From Octopus sinensis (lineage: Eukaryota): a stretch of 64,000 bases of DNA. Positions 13,816 to 26,177 of the stretch are shown here, in pieces (within the stretch, counting starts at the first letter, position 1; each line of letters begins with the position of its first letter). Both the position numbers and the translations under genes were made by a program. The DNA lies in assembly GCF_006345805.1 (NCBI RefSeq), contig NW_021826031.1, positions 248,001 to 312,000 on the forward strand, given 5' to 3'. The notes beneath the pieces were generated by a model. It saw only the letters and a list, made by a program, of their open reading frames with translations. It made no database searches and had not been told where the DNA came from.

Positions 13816-14089
13816 TCCGCATTCACAACAAATTGAAATAAATATTTATTAGAAATTATTTTATTAATAATGATTTATTACTTAAATAATATTAAATCCA
13901 AAATTCGTGATTGCTGTGAAGCTGCGAATTCCAATCATATAAAATTCACATCAAAATTTGTATCTTTCATTCATAATAATAATAATAATAGAGGCACGTC
14001 CGCAAGATCGCAACTTAATGTGAAATCTCGCACTGGCCAGCCACATAAGATCAAGATAGAAAGAGAGAACATGTTATTAGGAACTAACT

Positions 14090-14316
14090 AATCCAAACGA
14101 ACGAATCCAAACGAGCTGTCCCCCGCATCTATTTTCTCTCGTGCTGTGGCTGATGTAGACATCCGGTTCCGCAGTGAAATCACTGATGACGGCGTCACTC
14201 GTCAATCCTGGGTGCATGTAATGCATGGAACCTTCAGCCGGAATGATAGCAGTGAGATTCGAACCAGAGCTTCGCTAAACTGCCAAATTCTTCAAGCACT
14301 GCACCACCCGGCCATC
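14090..14316 (-). ncRNA. tRNA-headed SINE-like or structured Pol III RNA
   Basis: Minus strand starts GATGGCCGGG-TGGTGCAGTG (A box)...GGTTCGAATCTC (B box) 41 nt later, followed by a GC-rich multi-hairpin body and a (GTTTGGATT)x2 tail; stands out against AT-rich flanks. Confidence 0.55.
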
Positions 14317-14902
14317 TTTCATTCATAGGGAAATTAAAAAGATTTGTACAAAAAAGGTTTAATTGTATAAAAAATCATATTCACTGTTAATATTTTCAAA
14401 TCATTTTGTTAATAAAAAAATTGAAAGAACCAATAAACATAAGAATAATGAGTATTGATAAATAAACTGAATTAATAATGCAATAACATTTTCAGTTTCC
14501 ACTTAATTTCAACAACACAGCTCTTAGTTACTTTCTGAAAACGTTAATAAAACTTTAATAATTTCGTTTTAAACTCGAATTCTTGGACTTTTGACATTTA
14601 TGAGTGACGTTTCTGCGTTATTTATGTAACTTACTGATCAATTAAGATATTTTATTTGTGAATAAAAAACATGTATAGCTCTGTCTTTATTTGATCGGGG
14701 CACATTTCAAGCCTTATTTCTTGATGCATGTATTGAACAAGTACCGAAATGGATAATAAAAATTTTAAAATTTATTTAGTTTATTAAAATTTTAATACCC
14801 AATTTTTAATATATTTAATGAGGCTAACATGATATTGAATAAAATACATTTGTTACAATTTTTGTTGTAACAATAAAGGTCACATCTGGAATTGTTACTT
14901 AA

Positions 14903-16782
14903 ATGTCTAATTCCAGAAGTCCAATCAACATTCTGACCGAGTTTTGCTTAAAACACAAATTAAATCGTACTTTTAATACAATCCAAAAATAATAGTTAAA
15001 TTAAAAGAAAAGCTAATAAATTTTCCACCACTGAACCTTGGAATATATTATGAAATAGACGGTTCTGACTGTGAAATGGCAATTGGATTCTCCAAAAAAG
15101 AAATGAAATTGAAAGCTGCTTTACACGCCATTAATAAATTGAATAAAAAAAATTATGTAATAAATTATAAAATTGACGGTTTGTATACTTTTAACTAAAA
15201 AATATTCAAATCAAAAAATATGTAATTTAGAAGAGACAGCCAAAGACACGATTCACAACTCTGCCTCCATTTTAGTAGAATATTGTGGAATGAGAAAAAT
15301 CGCCGTCGATTTTGAATGCAAAAAATCATGTTTTTATGGGTTTATTAAACATGGAATATCCTAGCTATGACGGGACTTTATATATAGAATCACAACTCGT
15401 TTCAAGTGCGACTGGAATAACTAAAAAAATCACAAAACGAAAATGTATGGAGGAAGCTCTCACATATCTTATTAATTTAAATAAAGTAGTTGATTAGGTT
15501 AAGTTTAGTCGAATATCCTGCACTTGTCCCCGGAAGAGGTGGCTGAGGACATGGGCAGAAAAATCGCCTACAACTGCGAGGAGATTTATCACCAATTTAT
15601 TCTGCTCAACCCCCAATATGCCCTCGGGAACAGGATGTTGGCCGGAATAGTCATCGAAGGTGTCATTTTATTATTCTTAAAAATAATTTAGATACAGAAA
15701 CTGGCCAAATGGAGACCATTGCCATCGGAACTGGGAATAATCATATTGTGGGAGAGTTTCTTACTCTCAACGGAACTTGCATTCTCGACAGTCACGCAGA
15801 AGTGATTGCAAGGAGAGCCTTTCTCAAGTCAGTTTTAAATATTTGTTTTAGATTTGTTTATTCGGAAATAAAACAGTTTTACACAACCGGAGTTATGCCT
15901 CGTCATTTTAAACTAGAAAGTGGCCCGCTATTTCAGTTACGGGAAAACTTTCGACTTCATTTGTATGTGAGTAGCATTCCGTGTGGGGTGGCTTCCAAAA
16001 TATGGAAATTGTATTACAAAATAAAACAATGTTTAGAGAGGATTCGGAAGAGATGGAGTGTCCTAAGAGACTAGGACTAAAATAGAGAGGGGGGTAATTA
16101 TTTTAAGGTGAATTGTAGGAGAAGGGACGAAGGATTCGTTGAGCAATGTTCTACAAACTTGGGACGGGATATTTGAGGGGAATAGACTTTTGACTATGTC
16201 TGTTCAGATAAGATTCTGAAATGGAATGTTCTGGGCATTCAGGGATCTCTTTTGGGGAATTTTGTGAAGCCCATGTTTTTGAGTTCCGTGACTATTGGTG
16301 GGTACATTGAAAGATTAAGAAATAGTTACGTTTATTGAAAAGGAAGACATGTTTCAGGCGTTTATGGGAAGATATGCTCAGTCGGGGGATTTGAAAATAC
16401 ATATTATTAATACGACAAAATTTTGAAACCTCAAAAATTGCAGAGATTTAGTCTAAACTGGTTTTCGGGATGCAAAGATCTCGAATCGGTCGATGGAATG
16501 ACTGGTTTGGCCACATATAGGCAAAGCAATGTCGATTCCTGTTCGACCATCCCAATGAGGAATATTCCGAGTAGATTAAGCAAAAAAGAATTTTTTAAGG
16601 ATTTTGATGATATTTTAAAATTGTCAAAAAAGAAGACTTTTTTGGGATATTCTACTTATTATGATGCTAAAAATATGAATACAGTCTATAATGATAATAT
16701 GAAAGAATTCAAAAATAATTTGATTGAAAATGATCTTGGTTTTTGGATTTCTAAACCATATGAACTTTCAATGTTCAAATAA
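14903..16782 (+). CDS. ADAR: ADAR-type adenosine deaminase with two dsRNA-binding domains
   Basis: dsRBD motifs (SPINILTEF...[16 protein letters not shown]; [16 protein letters not shown]); deaminase motifs [52 protein letters not shown]. Confidence 0.88.
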
Positions 16783-16853
16783 AATTTTTCTATGTTTTAT
16801 TGACACAGTTTTTGCAAAAAATTAGTTAGTTTTTGAGGCGAATATAAAACATG

Positions 16854-16925
16854 AAAAATGATCACTTTGAGATTCGAACCCAGGTAAAACCAAATGAGTG
16901 GTTTAATGATTATACCAATCAGGTG
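16854..16925 (-). promoter_or_regulatory. Pol III type-2 promoter-like element (A box, B box, T5) upstream of BRF1
   Basis: Minus strand: TGGTATAATC (16917-16908), GGGTTCGAATCTC (16881-16869), TTTTT (16858-16854). It does not fold as a full cloverleaf. Confidence 0.5.
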
Positions 16926-17002
16926 TTTATTTAATACTTTAAAAAGAATTAATTTTTATATTTAAAATTAATAGATTGTTTACAAAGTTTGGTTTTGTTG
17001 GC

Positions 17003-18887
17003 ATGTCTGGTATTGCTTTAAACTCACAAATAGAACAAAAGTCCAAATGTCCAGAATGCGGGATGACAGATTTGGAGCTATTTAAAAATACAGGAATAAC
17101 CACCTGCATCAACTGTGGCTGTGTCGTGAACAAACTGCTACTCTCAGACGAAGTCGAGTTCCAAGAACTCTCCTCCGGCCGATGTGTGGCCCTCGGACAA
17201 GTCGTCTCTAAAAGCGGTTTCAATCCCGTCTCAGCATTCCAGGCGATACTGGAGCCACAGGCAAGTTGGGCCGGATTTTGAACACAAAGGCAATCTCCAA
17301 GGAAAAGTCTCTAATTAAGGGTAATTTATAAACTCGAATTTTCAGTAAAGGCAATGTCCCATGCCTTGGTCTATAAATTACACATCCCGTCCAACGTGGA
17401 GAAACACGCAATGAAGAACTTCCAACTATTTTCCTCCAAAGGATACACTCTCGGGAAGAAGTTGACTCATTTTGTGGGGGTTTGTCTCTACATTGGCTGC
17501 CGTGTTCACAAAACACCACGTTTATTCCTCAATTCTCAGTTTTAGACATGTTGTTGGATTTTAGCGAGATTTTGCGGACGGATATCAACGGATTGTACCG
17601 CATTCTGTTGATGTTGACAAAAAACGAACAGCTGGTCTTCCCGGTTGATGGTAAGTTTTATTTTCGACGTAGATCCCTCAATTTACTGTTCAAGGTTCGC
17701 GGAAGAAATGAATTTGGGGACCAATTTGTACACAGTCACTTGCTTTGCTGTCAAGATTATAAAAGCAATGCAAATCAACTGGATTGCCATTGGAAGGAAG
17801 CCTGTGGGGGTTTGTGCTGCTGCTTTGATTGTGGCTTGTTTGCTTCACGGAATAAACCGCGATTTCCGTGATGTGGCGGCCATGGTGGGTCTGAGGCCGG
17901 AGACTGTGGAGAAGCGTTTGTGTGAGTTCAAAAACACGGATTTTGGAGAGTGGACTGTCAAAAAGTTCAAAAATATGGAAATCAGCGAAGAGGACTGTCT
18001 GAAGCCCAGCATTCCTCAATTTAATGGAAAAAAAGTCAAAAAAGTGCAAATGGAACAAATATCACAAAAAGTTGAGGAAATCAGTCAAGAATTGGAATAT
18101 TTGATCGACCAGGAGAAATTTACGACTGAAATTCCTGTTTTCCCCACGGAAGAATCATTAAAGTTGGCAACGACTGCGGAATTGGGATTGAATGAGTCAG
18201 TCGAGGATTTGCTGGCCTTTAAGCCGCCTCCAAACGAACAGTCAGTCAGCGAAATGGTGGAGACTGACTTGGCAGACGTCGACGATGACGAAATCGCTCA
18301 AGTTCTGAACAGTCTGGAGGAAGTGGAGACCAAAAGGCGGATTTGGGAAGCCGAATATTCCGAGTTTATAGTCGAAATGACCAGTTCCCTCCAGTTTTTA
18401 TACTTCCAGGGAAAAGGGAGGAAAGAGAGCGGATAAAACAGCAGAATCAGGTTGGACTCAATTCGCGCAGAAAACGGGCTTCTTGTAAGCGAAAGCAGCC
18501 GGTTTGTCAGTGTGGATAATCCCAGCCAATTTCTGCCATGAAGTTTGAGACTGCAGGCCAGGCAATGGCGGAGGCAGTAAAGAGGAAAGGATTGCCAATG
18601 TCGTGTATTGAGGGACTCGATTCATTCACTCTTCCTACAGAGAAGGTGAAAAAACTGAGCGAGGAAGAAGATGTGGAGATGTTGAATGCTCCAGTCGTGA
18701 CGGTAGTGGAATGGTGGTATGGTAGGGGGATGATGGTGTCAAACATGAGTTGAAGGGGGACGAGGAAGGTTGGTAGTGTTAGTTCTAATAGTTGTAGAGT
18801 ACGACGACTTTGATAGGGGTCTTTGGTGGATTGTCATTTCTAGATTTGGATGATTTTGATGCTGAGCAGGATTATGATGGATTTTAA
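17003..18887 (+). CDS. BRF1: TFIIIB subunit BRF1
   Basis: Zinc ribbon CPECG...CINCGCV, SDEVEFQE, VGVCLYIGCR...HMLLDFS, VDPSIYCSRFA, WIAIGRKPVGVCAAALIVAC, TVEKRLCEFKNT, DVDDDEI, acidic C-terminus. Confidence 0.93.
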
Positions 18888-19047
18888 ACTTTTTTTATTT
18901 ATTTTTATAATATTCAAAAACCTATGTTTTTTTAGACTATTTTATAAGCAGAGAATTAATTTTGAGTTCAAGAATGATGGATTTTAAACCTTATTTATTT
19001 TTATAACATTAAAAAACCTATGTTTTTTATTTTAGTAGCGTTTAGAT

Positions 19048-19810
19048 CAGGGGTTCTCAACCTTTTTAGCTCATGGGCCAAATCGATAATTAAGAATATC
19101 TTTGCGGGCCGGACAAAAAATATTTTATGTTATTAATGAAAAGAAGGCTTTATTAAGTTATAAAAATCAATGCGAGACTTGATTCTGTTTGGCGTCTATT
19201 ATTTTGTCGAAACAGGGAGTAAAAGTCGAACACGATGTGCGTAAAAGTTGATTTAGGTGTCCATCAGTCAATCGATTTCGATACTTTGTTTTTATTTGCG
19301 TAAGTTTGCTGAAAAGAGCTTCACATGTATACGTTGATCCGAAGACTGATGCATTTTTTTAGCATTATCGACCAAGTTCGGATATTTCTACTGTGTAATT
19401 CGACCCCAAAAATCCAATAGTTCACTTGACTTAAATAGCGCGGTAAGTTGTAAATCTGCCTGCATTTCAATTAGTTCCAGTTGATATATGTATGGAGCGG
19501 TTGCAGCATCTGTTTCCATAGGTGACGAAAATATTTTCATAATAGGTAGAGCTTCTTAAAAATCATTAAAACGTGTTTCGAATTAGGCAATGTACGTTAC
19601 CATTTTCTTCAAAAACAAAAAATTTTTCCTCCCATTCGGGGTTAAATGCACGATTTTCATGAATAATTTTTCTACTTCAGACATCACAAACAATATTATT
19701 TAAACATTAATGTACAAAATATTTAATATAAAAACAAAAAATATTTAATATATTTTCATAATTTTATCGGGCCGCACCAAAATTGTGGCGGGCCGCGGTT
19801 GAGATGATTG
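19048..19810. mobile_element. Non-autonomous hAT element (same family as 33814-34648, inverted)
   Basis: Left TIR CAGGGGTTCTCAACC, degenerate right TIR GGTTGAGATGATTG, GGGCCGC subterminal motifs, hAT dimerisation-domain remnant on the minus strand. Confidence 0.7.
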
Positions 19811-19984
19811 TTATTCGAATATGTTTAGGTCATGGAAGATGACGGAATCAATTCCCGTTATTCCTTTGACGACTTCTTCTACTTTCCCATCACACAGGAG
19901 ACCGAGGACTTCCCCCTTTAGCCACACGACAGTCACTTTCTGCAGTACCCACAACTCCCCGAAGGCCTATTTCCTCGACTCGAG

Positions 19985-20290
19985 TGACACTTGACATGGG
20001 ATGGAGTTGTCTCAAGGTTCTTTAAAAGTCATATGGACAAGTTATCCATTGAAGAAGGAACGAGGACATACATCCAGTCGGTTGTGCTGAAGAGGACTCT
20101 AGAGAGTATGCTTATTGAACACAGACATGGGATGAAGGTAGACAACGAGGAGTACGCCTCTGCCGCCAATCAACTTGCGGAGCTGGCATGTCGTGAGGAC
20201 ACTCAGCTAAACAATTACTTGACGCAGAAATGGAAAATGATGAGAATTTTGTTGCAAACTCTTCTTCCAAGCGAAGAAGAGAATCACTGA
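19985..20290 (+). mobile_element. RLE-type LINE 3' fragment
   Basis: LTWDGVVSRFFKSHMDKLSIEEGTRTYIQSVVLKRTLES; homologous to 5995-6245. Confidence 0.6.
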
Positions 20291-20396
20291 CGATATGGAT
20301 TCTTAAATAATAATTTAAGATAATTAATTTTTATTAAACATTGTTGTTTTTTTTATAACATTCAAAAACCTATGTTTTTTATTTATTTTTATAATA

Positions 20397-20830
20397 TGTG
20401 ACATGGGCGGCTGGATACGCATGGGCAACCGGTTACATTTTTGACCTTGTGATGTCAATTATTTTTTTTAATTTTTTTTCTTCACTTGAAGAATAATGCA
20501 TTTTAACAAAAAATTAAAATTAATCATTTTTCGTCTTGCCATTGGTACCGTCCATATCTCTCCTTAGCATATTTTATCTATTAAATAAAAATGATTGATT
20601 TACCTCGACTCGATTATTTGATAAAATTTTAATTATCTCAGCGGTCGGATAGAATGGAGACTCGAATTTATCCAACCGCAACGAAGGGTTTGTTCCATAA
20701 TCTTTTTTAACTCGAACCTATCTATAATTTTTTATCTAAACTTTATCTCCGACACTAGATTCGTATTTAATATTGTGGACATTCATTTTCCTATTCATTG
20801 CTTTATAGTAGGCTGAGTTTCCATCAATCG
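20397..20830 (-). mobile_element. Ginger-like element 3' end (TIR plus integrase C-terminal remnant)
   Basis: TGTGACATGGGCGG TIR at 20397; minus strand reads KYESSVGDKV.IKNYR...KFESPFYPTAEIIKILSNNRVE, like gypsy/Ginger integrase C-termini. Partner TIR not found. Confidence 0.55.
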
Positions 20831-21452
20831 GATTAAATAAAATTTGAATTTTTGGACTTGGAATCGCCTAAATATAAATTCAAAGTTAAATACTTGAATT
20901 TTCAATTGAGTCTAAATTTGAACAAATCTCTGAATTTTCAAAATAATTAATTAGTATTTATGCGGCTTATTAGAATATATATACGAGACATGAACAATAC
21001 TGTTAGGTAGTAAAGTAATTACACTAATATAGATTACAGTTTCCAAGTCAAAGTCACTTGACTCTAAAAATATGATTTTAAAAAGGAAAAAGTCTTTGGA
21101 AGAAGTTTCTCAAATCGACTACAATGAAACAGGCGATTCAAAGATATGAAAAAAATGCTGCCAAATTTAAACTGGAGACCATGAAGGTTCTGAAGGCCAA
21201 AAATATTAAAGTAAATAATCAAAAAATGAATATGGAACAAAACAAAATAGATTTTCTACAAAAAAGAGTTGATAGATTTATAAATTTTCATTAAATTTGT
21301 ATTAACATGTTCTTGCTTCAATCTGAGATTGAATTTATTATGCAATTTTACAAATAAGCAACTAATTGCTCCTTTTTGAAGTGAAAGCTGTTGATCAACT
21401 TATTTGTAGGTCAAAATTCTCTGTAAATCATTATTAGTATTATGGTTTTTTT

Positions 21453-21845
21453 AGCGGTTTTCAACCTTTTTTAGACTGGGGACCACTTTAAATAAAATAA
21501 TTTTGCTACTAGCCTACAATTTCTGGCATCGTCGGGGGCTGGTTTAAACATGTTCGACAATTTATTATATAAAAATAACATGAAAGTTCTCCAAATAACA
21601 GACATTTAACAGTAATTCAGTGAGATTTCCAATCTGTTTTTAAGAATAATTTTATTTTAGTCAAGCTGTATTTTCGACTTAGCTACTTGCATATCATTTT
21701 GTACCCGTAGTCTATTTCTTATATTTGTTTTAGCAAAAGTAGACATGACGTGGCCATTTCACAGTAATAAGTAGTTTGGAATGCAAGTATTGATTTCAAT
21801 GCAGTTTTACTAAAAATGGGCAATTCTTTCGCCATTTGACACTTA
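21453..21845 (-). mobile_element. Buster-type hAT 3' fragment
   Basis: TIR-like GCGGTTTTCAACCTTTTT; ALKSILAFQTTYYCEMATS...RNRLRVQNDM dimerisation motif. Confidence 0.6.
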
Positions 21846-22400
21846 TTATTATTAGAACCAAGATCACCGTCCAAAACATAAAACTAATTAATCAGGTGAT
21901 CCCGGCTTCTCTGAGGAGGGTCCTCATCTTTGCCCGGTGCTCCTCCCTAGTCCCGACACAATTTCTGTGAAGGCGCGGTGGTGGAGTTTTAGGACCTGTA
22001 GACCGGAGGTTTCTTTTCAAGATTTCTTTAAATGGGGCGATAAATAAATGTTTATTCAGTCTTTGTGCTTTCCGAAAACTTTCTTGAGTTTTTTCGATTT
22101 TTACGCGGTTCGTTTCACTGACAAACCCTCCCCACGCCCCACGAGCATAACTAATGGAGGGTTCCATGTATTGCCGGTATAGTGATTGGCGTGTGGGGAA
22201 GCTGATGATCCATTGTTTGTATTTTCGGAGAAACACTTTTAAGATGTTCAGTTGCTTATGCAGCTAGTAGTAGTAACATTTTCAACTTGTTGGGGAGAAA
22301 CACATATGACAATCGTAATTACGCCGAGGATTTTCTGGGATTTTTTAAAGGGGATTTCCATGTTGTTTAGATATAAGTTCCTTGCTGAAGTCAAGCTTTC
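21845..22400 (-). mobile_element. I/Jockey-like LINE 3' fragment (copy also at 29860-30400)
   Basis: YRQYMEPSISYA...W, EEHRAKMRTLLREAGIT*, short (TAA)n tail. Confidence 0.8.
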
Positions 22401-22796
22401 TTGCTGAAGTCAGGCGGTAAGTCATATTGTGGCTGAGAGGCGAGCGTGTGTGCGGGACTGAAAAGCAGGAATGCAGATGTCTTTATCTACCCTCTACTAA
22501 CAGCCTCTATTAAAAAAATATTTTTCTTCTTTCGTGGACTACTTTTAAATACTGTTTTGCACCAAAAAATTTATTAACAGATTATAGTAATTATCGATTT
22601 AATTACGGCTGTGTGGCCAAAGAATGTATCCGCGTGATCTCAAAAAATCTATTAAAGCATATATCAGGTCGTATACTTTCATATGTACTGATTCCTATAA
22701 TATTAAAAAAACAAAACTAAACTAATATTTGCATATAAGCATTGTCCGATTCTTCATTATATAATTGATGGTTTTTTACGAAGTTCTGCAATATTG

Positions 22797-23443
22797 TTAA
22801 GATCTTACTGTCATATTTATTATTTGTTGAATATAAGTCTCCAAAAAAGAGGTGGTAAAATTATTCATCACAATCTTCTTCGGACAATGATTTGAAGTTC
22901 CGTTATAATAACCATCCTGTTATAAATATGCTTTTGATTACCTTTAATTAAGGAAGTATTTTTCATATGGTGTGGCAGAGGATCCTTGAAATTTAATTAA
23001 TTCGTAACCTTTCTCTGTGATATTACCATATAAGCAGTTAATGCAGTATTCTAGGGCCACTTCCTAGCAATTTAAAAATGTAATAACATACTAGAGGATA
23101 GAACCATTGATATTTGGCTCTAGATATGAAAATTAATAAACTTACCAATATCAGAGCTCCTGCATGAATCAAATTATGTATTTTTTTCTACAATTAGTTA
23201 TAGGAAGGTAACCTACCCCACAATCGATAGAAATATTCCTATCAATTGTATCTAGACTAATACGAAGAACGAAATGTATAAACCAACGGGTTAATTCACC
23301 CTAAAATATTAAACGAATATCAAAACAATGCATTCCCTGTAATCATATCTCTGTGTGGAGAGAGCCTGGTGAATTATCAAAAAAGTGAGAAACATTAAAA
23401 AAAAGTTCGGCAATTCAAGTTTATATTATTCTATTTGGAGCAG
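22797..23443 (-). pseudogene. Degenerate paralogue of the orphan gene at 30821-31470
   Basis: Same exons and tiny introns (e.g. 26-nt 23120-23145), but ATG changed to CTG and a 1-nt loss creates a stop before the fifth intron. Confidence 0.5.
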
Positions 23444-23809
23444 TTAATTAGATTTTCATTCCTGAAAATTACCAAAAGACTATTTTGGCTTGTTTTAATG
23501 GGTTCATGTTAAAAAAAATTGACAGTAATTGTTTTGTGCGTCTATATCTTATTCTGTGATTTAACTGGGCAATTCTTTACTATTATCAGATTTCAGCTCT
23601 TTTAAGGAATTCAACAAATTTGAATAAATATTTAAAAAATGTAAAGAATTTGGTTTTTTAAAAATGATTCCTGTTCAATGACAGCAGAAAAAAACCACTT
23701 GTTTACTAATTCTTTGGTTCAAAATTTAAATATATAAACAAAATTGAAAAATCCACATAAAATTAGTTTTTAATCAATGCCTCTGCTTTCAGTCGATCCT
23801 CCTTTTTTT

Positions 23810-24121
23810 CTAGTCCGAGTCAATGTCTTCGACGGATACACTTATCCATTTTACTGCGCAGGTAACTTTTGTGGTTGTTCTCGAGTCTGATTCTATGGTC
23901 TCATTCAGAGAAGCTTCCTCCGTCGTTGCCTTTGCAAAAAGAGTCATTTGACGATCTTCGGGTGGGTACATGGTTTCGGGTTCGAATCCCACCGGTTGCC
24001 TCTGCTTTAAACTCCGTTCGAGTTTTACGCGTAACGACGTCATGGATATCTCATCACATACAGACTCCGGATAAAACATCTCCAAATGTCTGTCGAGCTT
24101 CCTACCGTTAATCAACCGCAC
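23810..24121 (-). CDS. 3' exon of an unidentified gene (fragment)
   Basis: 103-codon ORF preceded by a pyrimidine-rich AG acceptor; its last ~35 codons recur at 31810-31927. No family recognised. Confidence 0.3.
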   Translation of the reverse strand: MRLINGRKLDRHLEMFYPESVCDEISMTSLRVKLERSLKQRQPVGFEPETMYPPEDRQMTLFAKATTEEASLNETIESDSRTTTKVTCAVKWISVSVEDIDSD

Positions 24122-24949
24122 TACAATAAAAGAAATAAAGACAAGAGTAGCTAATCGACTTTTTTACCTCGAAATTAATTAAATATCTATTTTCTTGTTC
24201 TCTTTGGATTTTGAAAACTGTGTGGGAGGCACAAGTGAAGATTCAGGAGTACATAGTGTCTCTGTCTTTGCAGAAGTGTTGTATTATGATTAAAAATATT
24301 TCTGAAAAACTATTTTGGACTAAAAAACTTTTTACTACAGATTATAGTAAACCACGGATTATTAAGAAATTGTTTGTTAGTTAGTAGCCCCGATCTCCTA
24401 GATATGCAGGAAATCCGCGGCTATTAAGCGATGCACAACGTGGGCTGATTGCTTCCAGAGACTCCAAAGTGCTGCGTGTTGTTGCGACAATGCCGGTGGT
24501 CCAGGACAGTAGAACAAGTGATGGACGGAGATCAGATTGGAGTTATATACGTGGCAAGGCCTTCTTCCTGGTTTTTCTTCTATATATTTGCGTCTAAGAA
24601 ATTGTCGATTTTATTATAAAAAAGAAATATGAATTTATCCCTGCTGATCACAAAATGACATTAAACATTCGCCAGTAAATATAATTTTGTCGAGTAAAAT
24701 AACTTTTAGTTACATCTCTTCTTTTTGTTGAATGTATTAGAACAAAATTCTTTCAATTTATGATGTGAAACATTTACAATTGGAATTAATTGCAGAATCT
24801 AGGCATTATTAACACTATCCTAAAAAACTTTAATTTTATAATTTGCAAACTCAATTTTATAATTGGCAACTTCAATTTTATAATTTACGATTTAACTAAT
24901 CGAAAACGTATAAAATTAGAGAAAAAAGGAAAGATGAGCGTTTTTTTAA

Positions 24950-25190
24950 ATTGGACGTTCTGTATTTGAATTTCACCTGTAAGTTCGCGCTGTATGTTTG
25001 CTATAAATGCAAAACATCTTTGAACAGTTATTAGTCCAATGTTTTTTTCAATAATCCTCTCAAGACACTGTAAGCGATATTCTTTTCCGTTAAGTCCATT
25101 TGATTATATTCTTAAAATGTATGGGCAACGAGTTGATAAATCTTTTTTCCTGCCTTTAAAATTGACCATGCATTTTCAATTGGATTGAGC
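24950..25190 (-). mobile_element. Tc1/IS630-like DDE transposase C-terminal fragment
   Basis: LNPIENAWSILK motif. Confidence 0.6.
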
Positions 25191-25495
25191 TTAGTAGTAT
25201 TTGAGGCAATCGAAGAATTGGCTGAGAGGGATCGCATTATCGTTAAGCTCGAAAAGACAAGACGAAATTCCATCAAATTGGCAAATACGCTCCAGCTGGA
25301 CCAAGCTATCACTCAGGAGATAGAAGACACGACAGAAAAAATTGGAAATGTTCTTGTGAAAGCATTTGCCTCTCGAATTTGTAATTAAACAAAAAAGAAG
25401 AGGGAAACAATGTAGAAGAGGCATTCGTTGTCTTATTAATTTCCTCTCTCCTTTTTGTTTTTCCTTTTCGAATAAATACTAATTCATTCATTTAT
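25190..25495 (+). mobile_element. LINE 3' fragment with (TTCA)n tail (homologue at 42570-42865)
   Basis: KLEKTRRNSIKLA...; shared 3' UTR GAGGGAAACAA..GAAGAGGCAT.CGTTGTCTTATTAA. Confidence 0.6.
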
Positions 25496-25599
25496 GTATA
25501 TGTTTACGTATGCTTTCGGTTGACAAATGTAAACCGTAACGTTCTAACTATTTTTCAAACAATTCTTTCATTGAGAGCATAATATTCAATTCAATGCAT

Positions 25600-26150
25600 G
25601 CAAACATGTTTTCGCCAACTCTTTTTTTTCGCCGACAAGACCTCAACTTGTCTCCTCATGCCAGAGGACAGGGCATTGGAGCTCGGACTCACGCACAAAG
25701 GATATCTCCGCGAAAATACATTTTATGTACAGGACCCCATAGACGAGTTATTGATCGGGTTTGTCAAGCAGTGATTGAGAATAGACCGTCAACTCCATTC
25801 TACGTTTGCTCAACTCCTGGAGATGACAATTGGCCGACATTGACGTCTTGACCTATGGCTTACATGCCTGGAACTTCTGCAAGGACAGGGAGAAGTACGT
25901 TGATGCGCTCAAGAAAGCTAGAAGACGAGCCATCCGGTTAGCCCATGATTTTGGATTGCGAGAGAAGCTCAAGGATACTCAGGAATTGTCCCTCAAAGGC
26001 CTCCCTGAGGTCCTAGAGAAGATAATATCTGGGTGGCAGGTCAGGAGGTAAGTCAGTTTAAGGCTGAGAGGTGAGCGTGTGTGCGGGATTGAAAAGGTAG
26101 GAATGCAAAGGTCTTTATCTACTCTCTATTAACAGCTCTTTTTAAATAAA
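25600..26150 (+). mobile_element. LINE RT C-terminal fragment with 3' UTR
   Basis: VLTYGLHAWNFCK...LKKARRRAIRLA; the 3' UTR GGCTGAGAGG.GAGCGTGTGTGCGGGA also occurs at about 22430 and 30435. Confidence 0.65.
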
Positions 26151-26177
26151 TATTTTTCTTTTTCTGCAACTATTTAC

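Larger units (their letters stand above)
21710..23897 (+). repeat. Direct duplication copy 1 (partner 29721-31927)
   Basis: Collinear similarity (roughly 90% by eye) from GTCTATTTCT through TCGAGTCTGATTCTATG. Confidence 0.9.

Noticed and set aside
23979-23990. B box GGTTCGAATCCC as a tRNA gene
   Set aside because: No A box at suitable spacing, no cloverleaf, and it lies within an open frame on the other strand.
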